From IMG/VR virus record IMGVR_UViG_3300045051_000720, positions 1-64,000 of that record: a DNA stretch of 64,000 bases. One strand, 5' to 3'. The notes below the pieces were generated by a model. It had not been told where the DNA came from. It saw only the letters and a list, made by a program, of their open reading frames with translations, and did not search any database. The translations under genes and the position numbers were made by a program. Shown here piece by piece: positions 8,845 to 17,288 of the stretch. Within the stretch, counting starts at the first letter, position 1, and every line of letters starts with the position of its first letter.

Positions 8845-9238
8845 GCAATGCCCTCCGGTGCTGGGGCAGCGGGTCGGGATGGTGAAGTTTCCACGCGAAC
8901 TCGGACACGCCCATTAGGTCGCTCAGCACGTCCTGAAACTCCACGATTGCATTGCCGAGCACGACCGTCTGCCCGCCCTGCTGCACCAGGTCGAAGTTGA
9001 CCGGCACGATCGCGTAACGCGGCGTCTTCCCGTCGGGCCGCATTTCCTTCACGCGGAACTTCGCCGTGACATGGAACGACTCCAATTCGCCGGCGTCGCT
9101 GTAAAGTGGCGTCCCCGAGAACTCGATGAGCTGCGGCTTCTCCACCAGCGTCGGCCCCTGCGCTCCGAATAGCGCGCACGCGAGGACCACGAGGACGACC
9201 AGCACCACGCAAAGGATCGTGAGCCGGCGGGAGGTCAC
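8822..9238 (-). CDS. hypothetical secreted/membrane-anchored protein
   Basis: N-terminal LTILCVVLVVLVVLACALFG; GTGA overlap at 9235-9238. Confidence 0.6.
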   Translation of the reverse strand: MTSRRLTILCVVLVVLVVLACALFGAQGPTLVEKPQLIEFSGTPLYSDAGELESFHVTAKFRVKEMRPDGKTPRYAIVPVNFDLVQQGGQTVVLGNAIVEFQDVLSDLMGVSEFAWKLHHPDPLPQHRRALREMGTAK

Positions 9239-9438
9239 AGCGGCACGACTTTCCCGTCTACGATCTTCAGCCCGGCTGCGGTAAGCGAATCGGTCGAGCG
9301 GTACTGCGCGAGCTTCATGAGTTCAGCGAAATCATCAGCCGTAACCTCGGTTTTACCCGAGTGAATCCAGGTGAAAATCTGCTGAGTGAGTGGCAGCCCG
9401 AATTGTACGAGTAGCTGGGCAATAATCGCGGGGCTCAT
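9235..9438 (-). CDS. hypothetical protein (MSPAIIAQLLVQFG...)
   Basis: C-terminal part of ORF-track 9235..10068; ATG 9438 overlaps lipoprotein stop. Confidence 0.6.
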   Translation of the reverse strand: MSPAIIAQLLVQFGLPLTQQIFTWIHSGKTEVTADDFAELMKLAQYRSTDSLTAAGLKIVDGKVVPL

Positions 9439-9785
9439 TTTGTCGGTGGGGTTGTGAGTTGAGACACGAGGTTTGCGAAGTCGGTGGCGAGCGCGATCAA
9501 GTCGGGGCTGGCCAGCGTTGAAAGGTCGGCCCGTGCTGCGCCGACCGCGACGCTGAAGGCCGGCTGCCAGCGGGTATCGTAGAACAGCGCGACCCTCTGC
9601 CACTGCGTCACGGTGATTTGGCCGCGCTTCAGGAGGTCGGTCGCGGCGTCCATCCCGGCCTTTGCGGATGCGCCCAACACCTTCAGTGTCGTGACGACTT
9701 GGGTGCGTTGCGTCGGCGCAGTCTGGCAGCCGGTCTGAAATGCCGGCGCGAATGCCAGCGCGAGTACGAGCAGGATTGTTCTCAT
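9435..9785 (-). CDS. putative lipoprotein
   Basis: signal peptide ending FQTG-C. Confidence 0.65.
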   Translation of the reverse strand: MRTILLVLALAFAPAFQTGCQTAPTQRTQVVTTLKVLGASAKAGMDAATDLLKRGQITVTQWQRVALFYDTRWQPAFSVAVGAARADLSTLASPDLIALATDFANLVSQLTTPPTK

Positions 9786-10162
9786 TGGATTGATGGTTGC
9801 GTCGGGAACGGCGGCTTGGTTTCAAGTGCCTTCGCGTCGTCGGCAGTCGTGGTAATCTTCCCGTCTTTGATTTCGGTCGTGCTCGCGAAAGGTGGCGTTG
9901 TCTCAGGCAGTTTGTCGGGAAGCGGATTGTCTTTGAAGTAGCCGAGCGCGGAAATACTGAAGACAACGCAGAACGTGTATGCGATGGTTCGCCAATCCGG
10001 AATGTTAAAATGGGCCGGGTCGAGTCCGGCGCCCACCGCTTGACCGACGAACGCATACACGGCGGCAATCGCGCCGTTGAACGACTTTGAGAATAGCCCG
10101 TAGGCGTAATGCTTGATCGCGATCCAAACGGAATGCCTGGTTTTTTTTAGTCCGTTGTTCAC
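9782..10162 (-). CDS. holin-like membrane protein
   Basis: GTG start at 10162; 2-3 hydrophobic segments, Pro/Thr-rich tail. Confidence 0.5.
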   Translation of the reverse strand: MNNGLKKTRHSVWIAIKHYAYGLFSKSFNGAIAAVYAFVGQAVGAGLDPAHFNIPDWRTIAYTFCVVFSISALGYFKDNPLPDKLPETTPPFASTTEIKDGKITTTADDAKALETKPPFPTQPSIQ

Positions 10163-10247
10163 GGTAGCCTCGGGTAAGTCGCCGGCTGCGGATGCTGGTT
10201 TGGCGCAAGTTCGACCGGCGGCAGTGTTGGCGCCGTCTGGCAGCCGC

Positions 10248-10679
10248 TCAAAACCGCAAGAAAAAACGCGACGCAAATTGCTCGTCGGACATTGGCCATA
10301 GAGTGTTGTTTTGAGGTTCGATAAAAAGCAGCCCGCGATCCGTTATCGCCGGTACGATTCCGTGGTTGGGGTCAAAAGGATCGGCCGGGGTTGGATCGAA
10401 CCAGATTTCCCCGACGCTCAACCCATCGTCCTCGGAAACCACGCCATCGCTTGCACCCCAGCACTCGATTGCCGTTGCGCGATAGAGTGCCGCGAAGTCG
10501 CGACAGGCGAAACGCTTCTTCCATTTGTGCAGATTCTCGTCCCAAAGGCGCTTTCGGAAAACATCGTAGAATGGTCCCTGCAGCCATTTGAGCGTCGGAA
10601 CCGCGTAACTCCCCGCACCCAAATGCGTGACGCAGGCCAGGGTGGATGGACAAAAAGCGAGGAGTTCGGCGCGAGTCAT
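10248..10679 (-). CDS. papain/transglutaminase-like Cys-His-Glu enzyme (MOA agglutinin C-terminal domain-like)
   Basis: W....ACRDFA, NHG, FIEPQN motifs. Confidence 0.55.
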   Translation of the reverse strand: MTRAELLAFCPSTLACVTHLGAGSYAVPTLKWLQGPFYDVFRKRLWDENLHKWKKRFACRDFAALYRATAIECWGASDGVVSEDDGLSVGEIWFDPTPADPFDPNHGIVPAITDRGLLFIEPQNNTLWPMSDEQFASRFFLRF

Positions 10680-10736
10680 GTTTCGTATTGAACCGCGCTC
10701 GAAACTGCCATGCGGTGAAGACTCATCGCGCGACTA

Positions 10737-11108
10737 TCACGGAGCGATGCCCTGTCGCGTGGCCTCGTCGAGCGCGACCTGTCGGAGGAGCGCGGCGAGT
10801 TGCACGCCCGTCACCGTCTTGCCGGCGGCGGTGTAATTCGTCGTCGCAACCGGTGCGCCGATCAGATCGAAGCTGACCTTGACGCGGTGGTCCTGTCCGA
10901 CCGCCTGCGTGATGTCGCTATCGTTCGTGACCAGCGCCTCCAAGAAAGCGTCCATTCGGACAGCGGTCGCCGTCGCGCTGGTGTTGCTCGCAAACGTGGT
11001 GTCGGCCTGCAAGCGCCAGACCCGCGTGGAATTCTTGGTCCATGCAGCCAACGCGAGGGAAGCGCCGAGACAGAGGGCGATGAGAAAGAGGAGAGACTTG
11101 GTTTTCAT
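10737..11108 (-). CDS. hypothetical protein with signal peptide
   Basis: MKTKSLLFLIALCLGASLALA; follows tail fibre. Confidence 0.65.
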   Translation of the reverse strand: MKTKSLLFLIALCLGASLALAAWTKNSTRVWRLQADTTFASNTSATATAVRMDAFLEALVTNDSDITQAVGQDHRVKVSFDLIGAPVATTNYTAAGKTVTGVQLAALLRQVALDEATRQGIAP

Positions 11109-11115
11109 TGGGAGA

Positions 11116-12882
11116 TTATTTGCGGATGCTTGAAATGTTCGCGCGGATGCCGAGGATTAGCGCCGCGAGGGCGATCAGTTCGAAGATTCGGATTTCAACA
11201 GCCGATGGCCGGTCGGCCAATTCCTTCATGCCGTTCACGACTGCGGCGAGGATCGTCCGGTCAGAAAGCCCGCGCATTCCCATCGCGTCGGCGCTCACTG
11301 CCTCGGGAATTGCAGCCTGCACGTCCTGCGCGACGAACCCGCTGTATTCCTTCGCCGAGATGACGCCGCTTTCCGGCCGCCATGTGTATTTCGCAGGGTG
11401 AATCTTCACCACGTCGGCCAACCCGCGCGTGAAAGAGCCGGTGATGTTTTTCAGCCGCGCGTCCGACGAGGAAACTACAATGCCGGTCGCAACCGAGAGC
11501 GTGCCGTCTGCATACGTCGAAAGCGCCAGCTTCTTTTTTGCGAGGATGCCTCCTTCGGTGGCAATCGCGGCAGCCGTCGTTGTGGCCTCGGTCGTGCTCG
11601 ATGCGGTGAGGTTGCCGGCGAGGGTGGCGTTACCTGTGGTGCCTAACGAGAAAATGGATGAGCCGCCGTCAACCGTCATATACAGCGTGGTCGCGCCGCC
11701 GAAAATGTCCCAATCATGCGCCCCCGAACGGGTCAATCGGAGTTGACCGTCTGCGCTGGTTCGGAAGCTCTGGATGACGCCTGCGTTAGCGGTGGCGAAA
11801 TTGGTCGCTGTTCCGATTTGGCAGACGCCCCCGATATATGCCGCCCCCGCGTTCCCGAACCCACCGGCATTGATGAGGGAGCCGCTCGTCGTGCTGATCG
11901 CCGCCGTGGTACCACCCACACTAACGTCTCCCTTGTGGTAGGCGGCACCGTCGTCGCGCACCCAAAAAGTATCCACGCCTCCGCTATCGGTCACGTCTAG
12001 CCCGTATGTGGCTGACGTGGCACCCGTGCCCTTTATCTGTGCCCGCCCGAACACCTGAAGCCGCTGCCCACCATCGGTTGTGCCGCCGATGAGGAGGTTG
12101 CCGTTTGTAACGGTTAGGCGCATCTGTGCCGCCGCGCCGGCCGTCGAGAAGTCAAGATGCGGGTCGGCGCCTGCCGCGGAAGTTGTCAGCAAAACTGCCG
12201 GCGTGCCGGGTGTGATGCGAACGTCGAACACTTTGACCTGCCCGGCGGCATTGTTCTTTCTCCCGCTGAAAACAGTGCCGATTGCGTCGGAGTCCGTGCC
12301 TCCAAAGACCGCAGTGAGATAGCCCGTCCCCTTCGGCGTAATCGTCACCGCCCCATTCGCCCCCTGCCCGAGCACCAGCGAGGCACCGCTGGACCCTCCG
12401 GCCAAAGTCAAGTCCGTGGCGGCGGGGGCGGTCGCCGAGGTTAGCGCCGTCACCACCCCATTGGTGAACGTGATTGGCCCCAGTGTGTGAGCGGACGTGG
12501 ATGCCGCCGCGATGGCCCCGGCAAAAGTCGCGGCAAGTGTGCTGCTGGTCAGGGTCAGTGCCGTGCCCCCGGTACCTAGCGCGAGCACCAGATTCTGGCC
12601 GGCCGCGCTGGTGACGGAGTTGATGGACACGAGGGTTGTGGCCAACGACAGGGTCACTGCTCCAGTGCTCGCACTGGCCACAATCTGATTAGTGGTACCC
12701 GCGATGGAGTTAACTCCCTCCGAGGCGAGAGAGAAGAATCCTTTCACCCCCCCGCTGTCCGTACCGTAGTAGTAGTTCGCGCCGGGATTGACCGCGTCGT
12801 TGACAAGGGTCAGGGTCGTCCCCGTTACGACCAATGAGCCGCCGACAGTTAGAGATCCGAGCCCGAGTGAGATAACCGACAT
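11116..12882 (-). CDS. tail fibre with C-terminal peptidase S74 intramolecular chaperone
   Basis: Gly/Thr/Ala-rich beta repeats; SSDARLKN...GFVAQDVQAAIPEAV...AVVNGMKEL. Confidence 0.85.
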   Translation of the reverse strand: MSVISLGLGSLTVGGSLVVTGTTLTLVNDAVNPGANYYYGTDSGGVKGFFSLASEGVNSIAGTTNQIVASASTGAVTLSLATTLVSINSVTSAAGQNLVLALGTGGTALTLTSSTLAATFAGAIAAASTSAHTLGPITFTNGVVTALTSATAPAATDLTLAGGSSGASLVLGQGANGAVTITPKGTGYLTAVFGGTDSDAIGTVFSGRKNNAAGQVKVFDVRITPGTPAVLLTTSAAGADPHLDFSTAGAAAQMRLTVTNGNLLIGGTTDGGQRLQVFGRAQIKGTGATSATYGLDVTDSGGVDTFWVRDDGAAYHKGDVSVGGTTAAISTTSGSLINAGGFGNAGAAYIGGVCQIGTATNFATANAGVIQSFRTSADGQLRLTRSGAHDWDIFGGATTLYMTVDGGSSIFSLGTTGNATLAGNLTASSTTEATTTAAAIATEGGILAKKKLALSTYADGTLSVATGIVVSSSDARLKNITGSFTRGLADVVKIHPAKYTWRPESGVISAKEYSGFVAQDVQAAIPEAVSADAMGMRGLSDRTILAAVVNGMKELADRPSAVEIRIFELIALAALILGIRANISSIRK

Positions 12883-12905
12883 GTTAGTCCTTGGTCTACA
12901 AGGTC

Positions 12906-13142
12906 TTATGTCGAGTAAAACACCGTGACGCGATTGAGTGAGCCAGTGGTTCCAATCGCGATAGGTTGTCCGAGTATTACCTTGGAGTCAGGGGCCGCCC
13001 ACGACAATGCCTGTCCCGCGACGTATAAAGAGCCATTGACAAAGGCTGTGCCCGATACGACGTTAAACGAGAAGGCGCGTGTGCCTACGGGTACGATGAC
13101 TTGCGAGCCGGTGAAAGAGGCAAAGACGGGATTGGAGAACAT
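12906..13142 (-). CDS. small virion-associated hypothetical protein
   Basis: 78 aa beta-rich ORF downstream of GTGTATAG motif. Confidence 0.6.
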   Translation of the reverse strand: MFSNPVFASFTGSQVIVPVGTRAFSFNVVSGTAFVNGSLYVAGQALSWAAPDSKVILGQPIAIGTTGSLNRVTVFYST

Positions 13143-13162
13143 GGGACGAAAAGGCTGCTAGG

Positions 13163-13170
13163 CTATACAC
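13163..13170 (-). promoter_or_regulatory. putative late promoter GTGTATAG
   Basis: recurrent motif, 20 nt upstream of ATG 13142. Confidence 0.65.
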
Positions 13171-13233
13171 TTGGCAGGCCCCATCTGAGTACACTTCCCT
13201 TTCCCCCGTTGGTCAGAGGCGCGAGACGGTAGG

Positions 13234-13241
13234 TTATACAC
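13234..13241 (-). promoter_or_regulatory. putative late promoter GTGTATAA (tandem copy)
   Basis: recurrent motif in intergenic DNA. Confidence 0.5.
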
Positions 13242-13275
13242 GATCGTTGTGTGCTCCCCCACGCTCGCAAACACG

Positions 13276-13300
13276 AAAAAAGCGGCCCTTTTGAGGCCGC
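13276..13300 (-). terminator. rho-independent terminator
   Basis: GCGGCC/GGCCGC stem followed by U6 on minus strand. Confidence 0.65.
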
Positions 13301-13318
13301 CCGTGGGGTGCGAGATGG

Positions 13319-13735
13319 TTACTTGGTTGCCTTATCCACCTGTTCGGGGTCGATGCCGAAGACATCAATGATCTCCCCGAACACCGGGTTCGGCCCCAGC
13401 CCCTTCGCCTTAATCAGCTCCCCGATGAAGTGGAGGAAGGCCTTCTTGACCACGGCAGCTTGCTTCTCGGTTAGGGTCAGTTCGACGGGTTTCTCGCCCC
13501 ACGCCTTGTCAAAGGCCTGATAGGTCTTCAATTCATCTGCGCTCATAGCCTTCGCCTCAGCATCGGTCTTGACCCACGCCAGATCCAACGCGGGCAGGTA
13601 TTTCTCAACCATCTTGCCGCCGACATAGGCCTCGCCGAGGGTCTCGGCCCAGCCTTTGGCGTTGATGAGCTGTTTGAGGACGTTCAGGCACTGCTGCGTG
13701 ACGGTATAGGTGGTGGTAGGAGTCTCGGTAGCCAT
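13319..13735 (-). CDS. hypothetical protein
   Basis: MATETPTTT start lies just downstream of a consensus promoter. Confidence 0.7.
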   Translation of the reverse strand: MATETPTTTYTVTQQCLNVLKQLINAKGWAETLGEAYVGGKMVEKYLPALDLAWVKTDAEAKAMSADELKTYQAFDKAWGEKPVELTLTEKQAAVVKKAFLHFIGELIKAKGLGPNPVFGEIIDVFGIDPEQVDKATK

Positions 13736-13745
13736 ATGGTACCTC

Positions 13746-13774
13746 ATCATAGCCGCGCGCGAGGGTGTTGTCAA
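13746..13774 (-). promoter_or_regulatory. sigma70 promoter TTGACA-17-TATGAT
   Basis: near-perfect consensus. Confidence 0.75.
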
Positions 13775-13805
13775 CAATCGACCTCCATAATCCACCGCGC
13801 GCTGG

Positions 13806-13813
13806 GTGTATAA
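13806..13813 (+). promoter_or_regulatory. putative late promoter GTGTATAA
   Basis: recurrent motif, 26 nt upstream of ATG 13840. Confidence 0.65.
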
Positions 13814-13839
13814 CCAGCCCCGGGTGTGCCCCGGTCTCT

Positions 13840-14859
13840 ATGTGGCGACCCTTCTTGATTCTCACCCTCCTGCTTGCGACCGGATGCAGTCATTTTGACT
13901 ATACCGTGGCCCGGCGCTCGGCCATCGACAAGGAAATCGCGGAGGCGCGCGCCGAGACGACCAATCAGCTCAAGATCCTCAACGACCGCGAGTTGGGCCT
14001 GCTCAAAGACACCATCAAGCAGCTTCAGGCGCGCCAACAGGCGGCGTCGGACTACCTGTTCAAGGCGACCGTCACGTTCTCGACCCTCAAGACCCCCACC
14101 CGCCCCGAGATGGTGATGGGGCAGAGTGTCAATCAGACCGCCACCCAACTTCCCCCCGCCACGGCTGAGGCACAGGCCGCGACCTTGAAGGCCCTTCAGA
14201 CTGAACTGGACGAGACCAAGGTGTCCACCGAAGCCTTGCGCGCCCAATATGAAACCGAGCTGGGCAAAGCGCGCGCCGAGGGGGCGGCCAAAGCACAGGC
14301 CCTCAGCGATCTCGGGACGAAGCTGGCGGACGTGGACAAGGACCGCGTCAAGGCCCTCGAAGCGGCGCGCACCAAAGAGGCGGACCTCCAAGCCGCCAAG
14401 GACAAGGTACAGGACGCCGCGCTAGCGGCCAAGACCAAGGAGGCGGAGAACGCCAAGCACAACGAGCATGTCAAGATGTGGCTGATAGGCATTTTACTCA
14501 CTGCCGCTGCTGCCTGTGGCATAGGAGCAGCGTTCGTGCCTATTCCCACCCTCAAAACCAAGCTCATCATCGGCGCGGCGTTGTGTGGCGGGGCCGCGAT
14601 AGCGATTCCGTTCATAGAATGGTGGATGGTGATGGTCGCGATTGGGGGATGTCTTCTACTGGTCGCCGGGTGGGTAATCGTCGATTATCGACGCGAGCAT
14701 GGTGATGCTACAGACACTTATCGCGCCCTCAACGAGGTCAGGCAGAAGGCGACGGCTGAGTTCAAGGCGGTCGTGGCCCCCATCCTTGAGCAATGGCACA
14801 CCAACCCCGATACGAGCAAACGCATTGACGAGAGGCTCAAGCAGGTTGGGGACACCTAA
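13840..14859 (+). CDS. lipoprotein with long coiled coil and three C-terminal TM segments (unimolecular spanin candidate)
   Basis: MWRPFLILTLLLATG-C lipobox; Ala/Lys/Glu heptad region; three hydrophobic segments near C-terminus. Confidence 0.6.
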   Translation: MWRPFLILTLLLATGCSHFDYTVARRSAIDKEIAEARAETTNQLKILNDRELGLLKDTIKQLQARQQAASDYLFKATVTFSTLKTPTRPEMVMGQSVNQTATQLPPATAEAQAATLKALQTELDETKVSTEALRAQYETELGKARAEGAAKAQALSDLGTKLADVDKDRVKALEAARTKEADLQAAKDKVQDAALAAKTKEAENAKHNEHVKMWLIGILLTAAAACGIGAAFVPIPTLKTKLIIGAALCGGAAIAIPFIEWWMVMVAIGGCLLLVAGWVIVDYRREHGDATDTYRALNEVRQKATAEFKAVVAPILEQWHTNPDTSKRIDERLKQVGDT

Positions 14860-14869
14860 GTGACATTCG

Positions 14870-14898
14870 TTGACAATGCCCCCGCCACTGGCTAAGAT
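14870..14898 (+). promoter_or_regulatory. sigma70 promoter TTGACA-17-TAAGAT
   Basis: near-perfect consensus upstream of the sigma/terminase operon. Confidence 0.75.
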
Positions 14899-14920
14899 AG
14901 GGTAAAGCCCCTAGACACCC

Positions 14921-15442
14921 ATGCCCACCTACTACTGCCCGTTCGACCGCTGTGGGGCGGCGATTCAGTACACCATCACGAAACCCACCACCTGCCCGCG
15001 CTGCGAGCGGCGATTTGCGGATGCGTTCAAGGTGGCTGTGGCTCAAACACCCCCGCCGCCCGCGCCTGTTGTCGAGGAAGACGATGAACCGCGCCTTACT
15101 CGCTCGGCACTGGAAGCGCGGCGTAAGTCGCTCTCTACAACCTCCGTCAAGCCCCGCACTCGGCGCGAGCGTGATGATACCGCGGCCAATGTGATGACGC
15201 CAGTGGGGAGCAAAGCCCATCCTGCGCTGCCCGATCCCGAGCCCGAATCCGATATAGAGGACGATACCTACGACCCACGCGAGGCGCGGCGGCTGGCGCG
15301 TGAACTGGCGGCGTCCATCGACCCATCTACGATCGTCGTCGAGGACCAAGACGACGGCATCGTCCGATTCAGCCAGTTCGTCGAAGAAGCCAAGCGCAAT
15401 GGGGGCAAAGCCCCCAGCACCAAGACCAAGCGCCGCCGCTGA
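14921..15442 (+). CDS. zinc-ribbon protein with disordered charged C-terminus
   Basis: CPFDRC...CPRC motif. Confidence 0.7.
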   Translation: MPTYYCPFDRCGAAIQYTITKPTTCPRCERRFADAFKVAVAQTPPPPAPVVEEDDEPRLTRSALEARRKSLSTTSVKPRTRRERDDTAANVMTPVGSKAHPALPDPEPESDIEDDTYDPREARRLARELAASIDPSTIVVEDQDDGIVRFSQFVEEAKRNGGKAPSTKTKRRR

Positions 15443-16179
15443 TGGATGCCACTACGGAGGGCACCGCAAAGCCCGCCTTCGAGCACGCCTATCCCGAGAT
15501 CAAGCGTATCGTAGAGACCCGTCGTGGCTCGTGGACCTATACGAGTCTGATGGAGTGGACTGACGTATCGGCCATTATCGTAGAGCGGGCATGGCGCAAG
15601 TGGGATACCTTCGAGCCCGCGAAGGGGCCGCTAGAGAATTGGCTCAATCGTTTGATTAGCCACGCGCTTATCAATCTACGCCGCGACCTACTCCTTAGGT
15701 GGAGTCGTCCGTGCATAGGTGGTTGGAACGCAAGGGGGAAGACGTGCTTTCACAACCTCGGCGGCGAGACGTGCGCTATCACCAAATCGCATAAACAATG
15801 TGCTGAATGCCCCATCTATGCTGATTGGCAAAAGGCGCGCGAACATCAGCTTCACATCAAATCCACCGTCGCCCTCGAACACCACGCGCAGGAGGCGCAC
15901 AACATCCAAGGAGACTTCACTGACGCCGCCGAGATCAAGGACAAACTCGACGCCGCGATGAAGGAGGAGCTAACCCCGGGCGAGTGGCGCGTCTGGTATT
16001 GTCTTTACGTCAAACACATGAAGCCGAGCGAGGCCAGCACACACCTCGAAGCCCTTGTCAAGACATGGAAGCGCCTGCCGCGACCTGATGAGATCTATGG
16101 CTATCAATCCATCCTTCAGACCTCGCGCCGCCTTAAGGAGATCGCGATGGAGTGGCTGCGCCGGGAGGACCATATATGA
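15442..16179 (+). CDS. phage sigma70-family (ECF-like) sigma factor with Cys-rich insert
   Basis: region-2-like WRKWDTFEPAKGPLENWLNRLISHALINLRR; region-4-like LTPGEWRVWYCLY; five-Cys insert between them. Confidence 0.7.
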   Translation: MDATTEGTAKPAFEHAYPEIKRIVETRRGSWTYTSLMEWTDVSAIIVERAWRKWDTFEPAKGPLENWLNRLISHALINLRRDLLLRWSRPCIGGWNARGKTCFHNLGGETCAITKSHKQCAECPIYADWQKAREHQLHIKSTVALEHHAQEAHNIQGDFTDAAEIKDKLDAAMKEELTPGEWRVWYCLYVKHMKPSEASTHLEALVKTWKRLPRPDEIYGYQSILQTSRRLKEIAMEWLRREDHI

Positions 16180-17288
16180 TCACACTGACCGACGACCAGA
16201 AGAAGACCGCACTAGAGCTATGCGCCAAGATGACCATTGGCGAGTTGGTCACCCGTCTGTGGCCTGACGCCAAGCCCGACCCGCGCAGCCCGCAGGGTAA
16301 GGCCCTCAAGGAGTTTTTGGCCGGCGAGGATGTGAAGGTGAAAACCGTCACCGCACAGCCCGTCACCAAGGGCCTGATTGAACTGACCGAGGAGCAGAAA
16401 CGGGTCGTGGACCAGCTCGTCACCAGTGAGCGGTGCAAGACCAGCATGGAAATCGCGCGGCTGGTGTTTCCCGACCGCAAGGTTAAGAGCCTGTCCAGCG
16501 AGTGGCGCGCGGTATACGCCTACATGAAGGAGGTCTACCCCGACTCGTTCAGCACGACCGAGGAGCCCGTGGACGGACAATGGAGCCCGCCCGACAAGAT
16601 GCAGGGTCTGATTGCCCTTGTCAACACCTACGTGATGACGGGTGATTCGACGCGCAAGGCCTATAACTCCGCCACGCTCAAGGTCTCTGAAGACCGCCAG
16701 CTCAAGGCTCTCATGGGCTACCTGCGTGAGTACACGGTCAAGTACATCGCCGATACGTACGAGCTGCGCGTGGACCGCGATCTGTTTCTCTCCACCTTCA
16801 TCCGATGGACCCACGACAAGGCGGACCTCACCGAAATGGAGCGCGACCAGATGGCGCAGGCCGCCGCCGAGAAGGTCAACGTTGCCCAATTGGGCCGCGA
16901 AATCGAGGAGATCAAGGCCTATCACCGCTCCATCATGGCGGGTGATGAAGTCGACGCTAATGGCAAAGCCAAACGGTTTGGCATGGCCGAGGTCGAGCAG
17001 ATCAGTCAGACTCGCCTGCGCCAAGACGCTGCCAAGGCTCGTCTCAAGACCCTGATGGAGGGACTGGAGGAAGCACGCTCCAAGCGGCTAGGTGCGATGA
17101 AGGACCGCAACGCGTCCATCCTCAACCTATTCGAGGCGTGGCGCGGCGATCCTGTTTGGCGCGAGTCTTTACACGCCCTCGCCAAGCGCGAGAAAGCCGA
17201 CGACGCGGCCGAGGTGAAACGGCTGTATGACATGGATGACGTGACAGCCCTCATCTCGGGGATGACCATCGAGGAGGCCTCCGCATGA
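16176..17288 (+). CDS. conserved-looking hypothetical protein, tandem HTH-like N-terminal repeats plus coiled coil (possible small terminase)
   Basis: LTDDQKK...LWPD and LTEEQKR...VFPD repeats; coupled to sigma and nuclease genes. Confidence 0.55.
   Translation: MITLTDDQKKTALELCAKMTIGELVTRLWPDAKPDPRSPQGKALKEFLAGEDVKVKTVTAQPVTKGLIELTEEQKRVVDQLVTSERCKTSMEIARLVFPDRKVKSLSSEWRAVYAYMKEVYPDSFSTTEEPVDGQWSPPDKMQGLIALVNTYVMTGDSTRKAYNSATLKVSEDRQLKALMGYLREYTVKYIADTYELRVDRDLFLSTFIRWTHDKADLTEMERDQMAQAAAEKVNVAQLGREIEEIKAYHRSIMAGDEVDANGKAKRFGMAEVEQISQTRLRQDAAKARLKTLMEGLEEARSKRLGAMKDRNASILNLFEAWRGDPVWRESLHALAKREKADDAAEVKRLYDMDDVTALISGMTIEEASA

Noticed and set aside
8841-9212. Alternative-frame ORF with GTGA overlap at 8841-8844
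   Set aside because: Arg/Gly/Ala-rich junk-like translation; the 8822..9238 frame has a signal peptide and a coupled start
13801-13818. N4-like hairpin promoter (GCTGG-GTGTATAA-CCAGC)
   Set aside because: Flanking inverted repeat is present here and weakly at 29324-29337 but not at the other copies of the motif
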